From a virus (Duplodnaviria > Caudoviricetes), in IMG/VR virus record IMGVR_UViG_3300004241_000321, positions 1 through 39,354 of that record: a stretch of DNA of 39,354 nt; one strand, written 5' to 3'. The notes under the pieces are model-generated. The model had not been told where the DNA came from. It worked only from the letters and a program-made list of their open reading frames with translations, and did no database searches. Positions 35,522 through 39,354 of the stretch are shown piece by piece; the first letter of the stretch is position 1, and the number at the start of each line of letters is the position of its first letter. A program made the translations under genes and the position numbers.

Positions 35522-35860
35522 ATGATTGATATTGCTGATCAGCATAGATTTGATTTTGAAAATGGAGATATTTATGTATTCGGACTTAACGAAGATGGTT
35601 GCTCTGGAATAGAAGTTATCGGGAAACATTTTGAATGCGTAGATGATTTTAAAATTGAATATACAAACCTGCATAACAAGAATAATAAAAAAGCAATAGA
35701 GATAATGCCTCATTTTCGCATGGTTCCAAACCGAATATCAGCTATTGAAGTTCACATTTATTTTGATAAAGGTGAGTTTATTACAAACTTTATGGGTGCG
35801 TGGGACATATCCGATAAAGCCATTTTTATTGGAGAATATTTCGGAGTTGAATATGGATAA
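35522..35860 (+). CDS. Hypothetical protein
   Basis: AAGGA RBS, 112 aa. Confidence 0.7.
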   Translation: MIDIADQHRFDFENGDIYVFGLNEDGCSGIEVIGKHFECVDDFKIEYTNLHNKNNKKAIEIMPHFRMVPNRISAIEVHIYFDKGEFITNFMGAWDISDKAIFIGEYFGVEYG

Positions 35861-35869
35861 AAAGGACAA

Positions 35870-36199
35870 ATGATGTGGCCAACATACGAAGCCTACTGCG
35901 AAGAGATGAAACGCCTCAGCACCGAACCACTCCCCGAAGATATATGGCGGAGAGAATACGCACCCAAAGACGAAGCCTACCACGAACCGCTCATCATCAC
36001 CCCGAAAAATAGAAACCGACCGATGAGTGCTACTTTGGAAAATCATATTGCCAACGTCGGTAAAACGATCAAGCCAAAAAAGAAGTATGCGCCTCGCATA
36101 TCCCGCAAAGGGTGGACAACGGAACAGATCAAAGCGAGACAATCCGAGAACGTCCAAAACTGCAAGGCGCGGAAGAAATCAGCCCAAGTGATTTTATAA
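35870..36199 (+). CDS. Hypothetical basic protein
   Basis: AAGGA RBS; Lys/Arg-rich C-terminus. Confidence 0.7.
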   Translation: MMWPTYEAYCEEMKRLSTEPLPEDIWRREYAPKDEAYHEPLIITPKNRNRPMSATLENHIANVGKTIKPKKKYAPRISRKGWTTEQIKARQSENVQNCKARKKSAQVIL

Positions 36200-36263
36200 A
36201 ACCTGAGCATTACTTCGATGCTTTGGAAGCGCAAAGAATTTTAAATGAAATGAGGAGAGCGGG

Positions 36264-37067
36264 ATGAGTAATGAAATTGAAATCAGAAACGCTACCAAAG
36301 AGTTATTATCCCAAAAATTCGAAGGTGCTATAGTTGATGAGTTTAGCGGCGGATCTATGAGAACTCGCCCTGATGTAGTGTTGATCGGTGAATATTTTAT
36401 TTTTGTTGAAATCAAAAGCGATAAGGACACCCTTACACGTCTTGAAAATCAAATTGTGGATTATGGAAGATATTGTGATGAAGTATTTGTTGTACTCGAT
36501 GAAAAACATAAACAAGCTTATGAAAAGAAAAGATCATCTATGCCTAGACACTCGGTTGCGTTTTATATAAATGAAAAAATTGAATTTGACCCAAATTTTC
36601 GAGATATTACTAATCATATTGGAAGATACAAAAATAGGCGGATGGATATTTCATATCTTCTTTGGGCAGAAGAGCGCAGACAGCTTTTAAGACCGTTAGG
36701 GAAAATTCCAAATACTAGAGAATTTGAAGCACTTGAATATTGCTATACACCGTATGAGTTAAATAAATATGCGCGTGAAATTATTGTCAATAGATGGGAT
36801 TATCTTTCAAAACAAGAAAAAAGGTTCTGCCAAGGATACCAAGGGGGTAGGCTTAAAAGTCATATCCAACATATAGATCATAAACAAATGCTCCTTGACG
36901 AATTTATACAAGTTAATGAAATTAGATTTGAGACTATAAAAAGAAAACCAAAACAGAAATCTTTAATAGAGAGACTTAAAGAGTCTCAAGTGAACCAAGG
37001 ATTATTTTCAGAAGGAGAGCGGGATAATGCAAAAGAAATCACACAGCTTAATCGAATCACTATTTAA
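36264..37067 (+). CDS. sce7726-like PD-(D/E)xK nuclease-fold protein
   Basis: VDEF...RPDVV...VEIKSDKDTLTRLENQIVDY...DEVFVV, LLW..E. Confidence 0.75.
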   Translation: MSNEIEIRNATKELLSQKFEGAIVDEFSGGSMRTRPDVVLIGEYFIFVEIKSDKDTLTRLENQIVDYGRYCDEVFVVLDEKHKQAYEKKRSSMPRHSVAFYINEKIEFDPNFRDITNHIGRYKNRRMDISYLLWAEERRQLLRPLGKIPNTREFEALEYCYTPYELNKYAREIIVNRWDYLSKQEKRFCQGYQGGRLKSHIQHIDHKQMLLDEFIQVNEIRFETIKRKPKQKSLIERLKESQVNQGLFSEGERDNAKEITQLNRITI

Positions 37068-37248
37068 CGTACTGATAGGCTATTTCATAGCCCTAGCCGC
37101 TCAACTGATCATCTTCCCGCGCTTCGGTATCCATATCTCTATGAGCGATAACCTGATGATCGGTGCGCTCTTCACGATTGTATCTATCGTCAGAAGCTAC
37201 GCGCTGCGGAGATTGTTCAATCGATTTACTATAAAGGCTCATGGATGA
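37027..37248 (+). CDS. Small two-TM phage membrane protein
   Basis: SLIESLFNVLIGY...FTIVSIVRSYALRRLFN. Confidence 0.75.
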   Translation: MQKKSHSLIESLFNVLIGYFIALAAQLIIFPRFGIHISMSDNLMIGALFTIVSIVRSYALRRLFNRFTIKAHG

Positions 37249-37460
37249 ATGAAGTAATCGTAACATTCAAATTTTATAGATTTAATTCTGTACGCAGAGA
37301 ACGTGGTGCTCCTGCTGCACAAATTCAAGTTTTTGAAGATGGGGAAAGTGTCGGGTTATATTGGATGAATACGTCTGATATACAGCGTAATATCCAAGAT
37401 TATGGAGAGTGTGAAGCTTTTACGGAAGCACTCGAATACTACTCAGGGGCGAAGCAATGA
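37245..37460 (+). CDS. Hypothetical protein
   Basis: ATGA overlaps on both sides. Confidence 0.65.
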   Translation: MNEVIVTFKFYRFNSVRRERGAPAAQIQVFEDGESVGLYWMNTSDIQRNIQDYGECEAFTEALEYYSGAKQ

Positions 37461-37780
37461 AACTTGACCTAGTTTTAAAAGGCGTTTGGTTCGACAGAAT
37501 AGAAAGTGGTGAGAAAAGTCACGAGTATCGAGAGATAAAGCCGTATTGGATTAAACGACTTACCGGAAGATTGTATGGCGGTGATGAACTATCCATGCTT
37601 AAACGTGGTGCTATTGGCATACCATCGCAATCATTCAAGCCATATGACGTAGTTGTATTCCATCGCGGGTACACAAAACAGATAATGACATTCGAGATTA
37701 AACATATCAGTATCACTAAAGACAAGAATAATGATCTTGGTGAGATATGTTTTGATATTTGCTTAGGGGATAGACTATGA
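37457..37780 (+). CDS. ASCH/PUA-like domain protein
   Basis: LKGVWFDRIESGEKSHEYRE...FHRGY. Confidence 0.75.
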   Translation: MKLDLVLKGVWFDRIESGEKSHEYREIKPYWIKRLTGRLYGGDELSMLKRGAIGIPSQSFKPYDVVVFHRGYTKQIMTFEIKHISITKDKNNDLGEICFDICLGDRL

Positions 37781-38022
37781 GCACAGTTAGAACAAATCTG
37801 CTTACTAGATTAGGATATTCCCCGTATTGTGGTGCGGATAGATGCCGTGGAACTTGGCCTCGTACAGTATTCAATGGAAAACAGTTTAGATGTCCTTCGT
37901 GTGGGTGGGAGTCTAAATTTGAACCTGAGTTTATTGAAGAGTATAAAACTGCACAATCCAAGCTATTAATTGAGTTTGAACAAATCAGTAAAGAGGAGGA
38001 GATGAGTGAACCCGCAACCTAA
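37777..38022 (+). CDS. Small zinc-ribbon protein
   Basis: PYCGADRC...CPSCGW. Confidence 0.7.
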   Translation: MSTVRTNLLTRLGYSPYCGADRCRGTWPRTVFNGKQFRCPSCGWESKFEPEFIEEYKTAQSKLLIEFEQISKEEEMSEPAT

Positions 38023-38245
38023 ATACCTATCCCTCCCCCACCTCGCCCGTCATTATGATCTCCACACCGACACCATGAAAAAACGGCTCCAAGAGATCGA
38101 AATGCAACCGAATGAACACTTCATCATACTGCACGAGGGTGAGCGAAAAACAGTACGCTTTGACGTTGAAAAAGTCCACGAAGCCCTCACTGCAAAATCA
38201 CAACCCGAAAACCTCAATGATATTTTAAAGAGATTACTCGTTTAA
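38006..38245 (+). CDS. Putative excisionase (HTH)
   Basis: YLSLPHLARHYDLHTDTMKKR...VRFDVEKV directly before the integrase; GAGGAG RBS with GTG start. Confidence 0.65.
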   Translation: MNPQPKYLSLPHLARHYDLHTDTMKKRLQEIEMQPNEHFIILHEGERKTVRFDVEKVHEALTAKSQPENLNDILKRLLV

Positions 38246-38249
38246 GGAG

Positions 38250-38258
38250 TGCTACAAT
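38250..38258 (+). promoter_or_regulatory. Extended -10 promoter for the integrase
   Basis: TGCTACAAT 37 nt upstream of ATG 38296. Confidence 0.55.
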
Positions 38259-38295
38259 GTCGCTTCATGGTGTTTCTGTCCGAAAGGGCAAAGGT

Positions 38296-39354
38296 ATGGC
38301 AAAAGTATATGCCAGGGGTAAAAAGCTGTATATTGACTATATGGTGGACGGTGATCGCAAGAGAAAAGCAACGGGACTCGATGATACCAAAGAGAACCGA
38401 AAACTTTGTGAGACTTCGATTATACCGAAACTAATGTCAATGATAGCTACAGGTGAGATCCATAAAAAGAAGCCGAAAACATTCGGGCATTATTATGAGA
38501 TTTTCTTAAAACGCAAATGTGAATATTCAGGGTATAGAAATAAAAAGACCCAATGGGATATCGCGAACAAAGTATTCGGTTATAGAGATATCGACACGAT
38601 AACACGATTCGAGGTTAAAGAGTACCTAGCGTCCGTTCCGATTATGAACCGTTCAAAAGCTCCGCTCAAAACACTCTTCAATGAGATATTTGAAATGGGG
38701 ATAGATGATCGGGTGATCGATGCGAATCCGGCACTCAATATCCGTTTAAAACCTGAACCGAAAAAAGAGATCGACTACTTCACAAAAGAGGAAGCTCGAA
38801 CGCTCATCGAAAACGCCGAGGGGATAATGCGCCCATATCTGCTATTGGCATTCAATACGGGTATGCGGCCGGAAGAAATCTTCGGGTTACAAGCCGGTGA
38901 TCTGAAAGATGGATGGATCGATATAAAACGTGTCCGAACCGATAAAAAGATTCGACACCCGAAAACGAAAAGCTCTATCCGTAAGATTCCATGCCCTCAG
39001 TTCGTGATCGATGAAGTGTTGAAGCTTAACAGTGGAAATATCTTCTTATTCGGGGATTATGATGATGCGAGAAAGATGCCGAAGCATTGGCACCCGTTGT
39101 TAGAAAAAACGGGTATCCGATACCGACGGCTATACGCTTGCCGTCACACGTTCGCCACTACGATGTTGCGCGAAAGCATTGTAAGTATCAGCGAACTATC
39201 CGGTATGCTCGGTCATGCAAATGTACAAACCACATTGGCACATTACGCCTCTGTAATTGACTCGAATTTACTTCGATTAGATAAAAATTTCGACCTATTT
39301 GGCTCATTTTCGTCACAGTCAAATAACAAAAACGCTCAAAGCTCCGTAAAATAG
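38296..39354 (+). CDS. int: Tyrosine integrase
   Basis: Arm-binding N-terminus (LYIDY...RKRKATGL), TGMRPEE, PKT, YACRHTFAT, LGH, HY. Confidence 0.93.
   Translation: MAKVYARGKKLYIDYMVDGDRKRKATGLDDTKENRKLCETSIIPKLMSMIATGEIHKKKPKTFGHYYEIFLKRKCEYSGYRNKKTQWDIANKVFGYRDIDTITRFEVKEYLASVPIMNRSKAPLKTLFNEIFEMGIDDRVIDANPALNIRLKPEPKKEIDYFTKEEARTLIENAEGIMRPYLLLAFNTGMRPEEIFGLQAGDLKDGWIDIKRVRTDKKIRHPKTKSSIRKIPCPQFVIDEVLKLNSGNIFLFGDYDDARKMPKHWHPLLEKTGIRYRRLYACRHTFATTMLRESIVSISELSGMLGHANVQTTLAHYASVIDSNLLRLDKNFDLFGSFSSQSNNKNAQSSVK
39300..39319 (+). repeat. Putative integrase arm-type binding site pair (right end)
   Basis: TGGCTCATTTTCGTCACAGT, 16/20 identical to 1102-1121. Confidence 0.5.

Larger units (their letters stand above)
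1043..39354. mobile_element. Integrated lambda-like (cos, non-contractile tail) prophage; boundaries approximate
   Basis: Full set of integrase, repressor, replication, packaging, head, tail and lysis genes next to a host chemotaxis gene. Confidence 0.92.

Overview
The window is almost entirely one apparently complete, lambda-like temperate siphovirus prophage (about 1040-39354). The host is probably a Campylobacterota bacterium, inferred from AAGGA ribosome-binding sites, TGn-TAyAAT promoters and a haem-c chemoreceptor. Bases 1-981 are the 5' part of a host MCP gene. The minus-strand arm runs from about 24.8 kb leftwards: CII-like regulator, DnaB-like helicase, initiator with iterons, cos, terminases, portal, S49 protease, scaffold, decoration and major capsid proteins, tail tube, frameshifted chaperone, tape measure, a very short tail tip, holin/endolysin/spanins and a frameshifted adenine methyltransferase. 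The centre holds a 4-gene accessory island (TerB-BRCT protein, glycine-zipper protein, RelE-type TA pair) and a CI repressor. The plus-strand arm carries DUF2303, ParA/ParB, a large C5 methyltransferase, an sce7726-like nuclease, an ASCH protein, Xis and a tyrosine integrase. The most unusual signals are non-coding: (1) six dispersed copies of a 14-bp palindrome TTTCCCGCGGGAAA, three within a shared gene-start module and one inside parB; (2) several strand-biased structured RNA elements with pseudoknot potential; (3) a face-to-face promoter switch whose palindrome recurs upstream of the TA pair; (4) a leaderless antisense 32-aa membrane peptide next to the tape measure gene. All calls come from reading the sequence; no database search or folding program was run.
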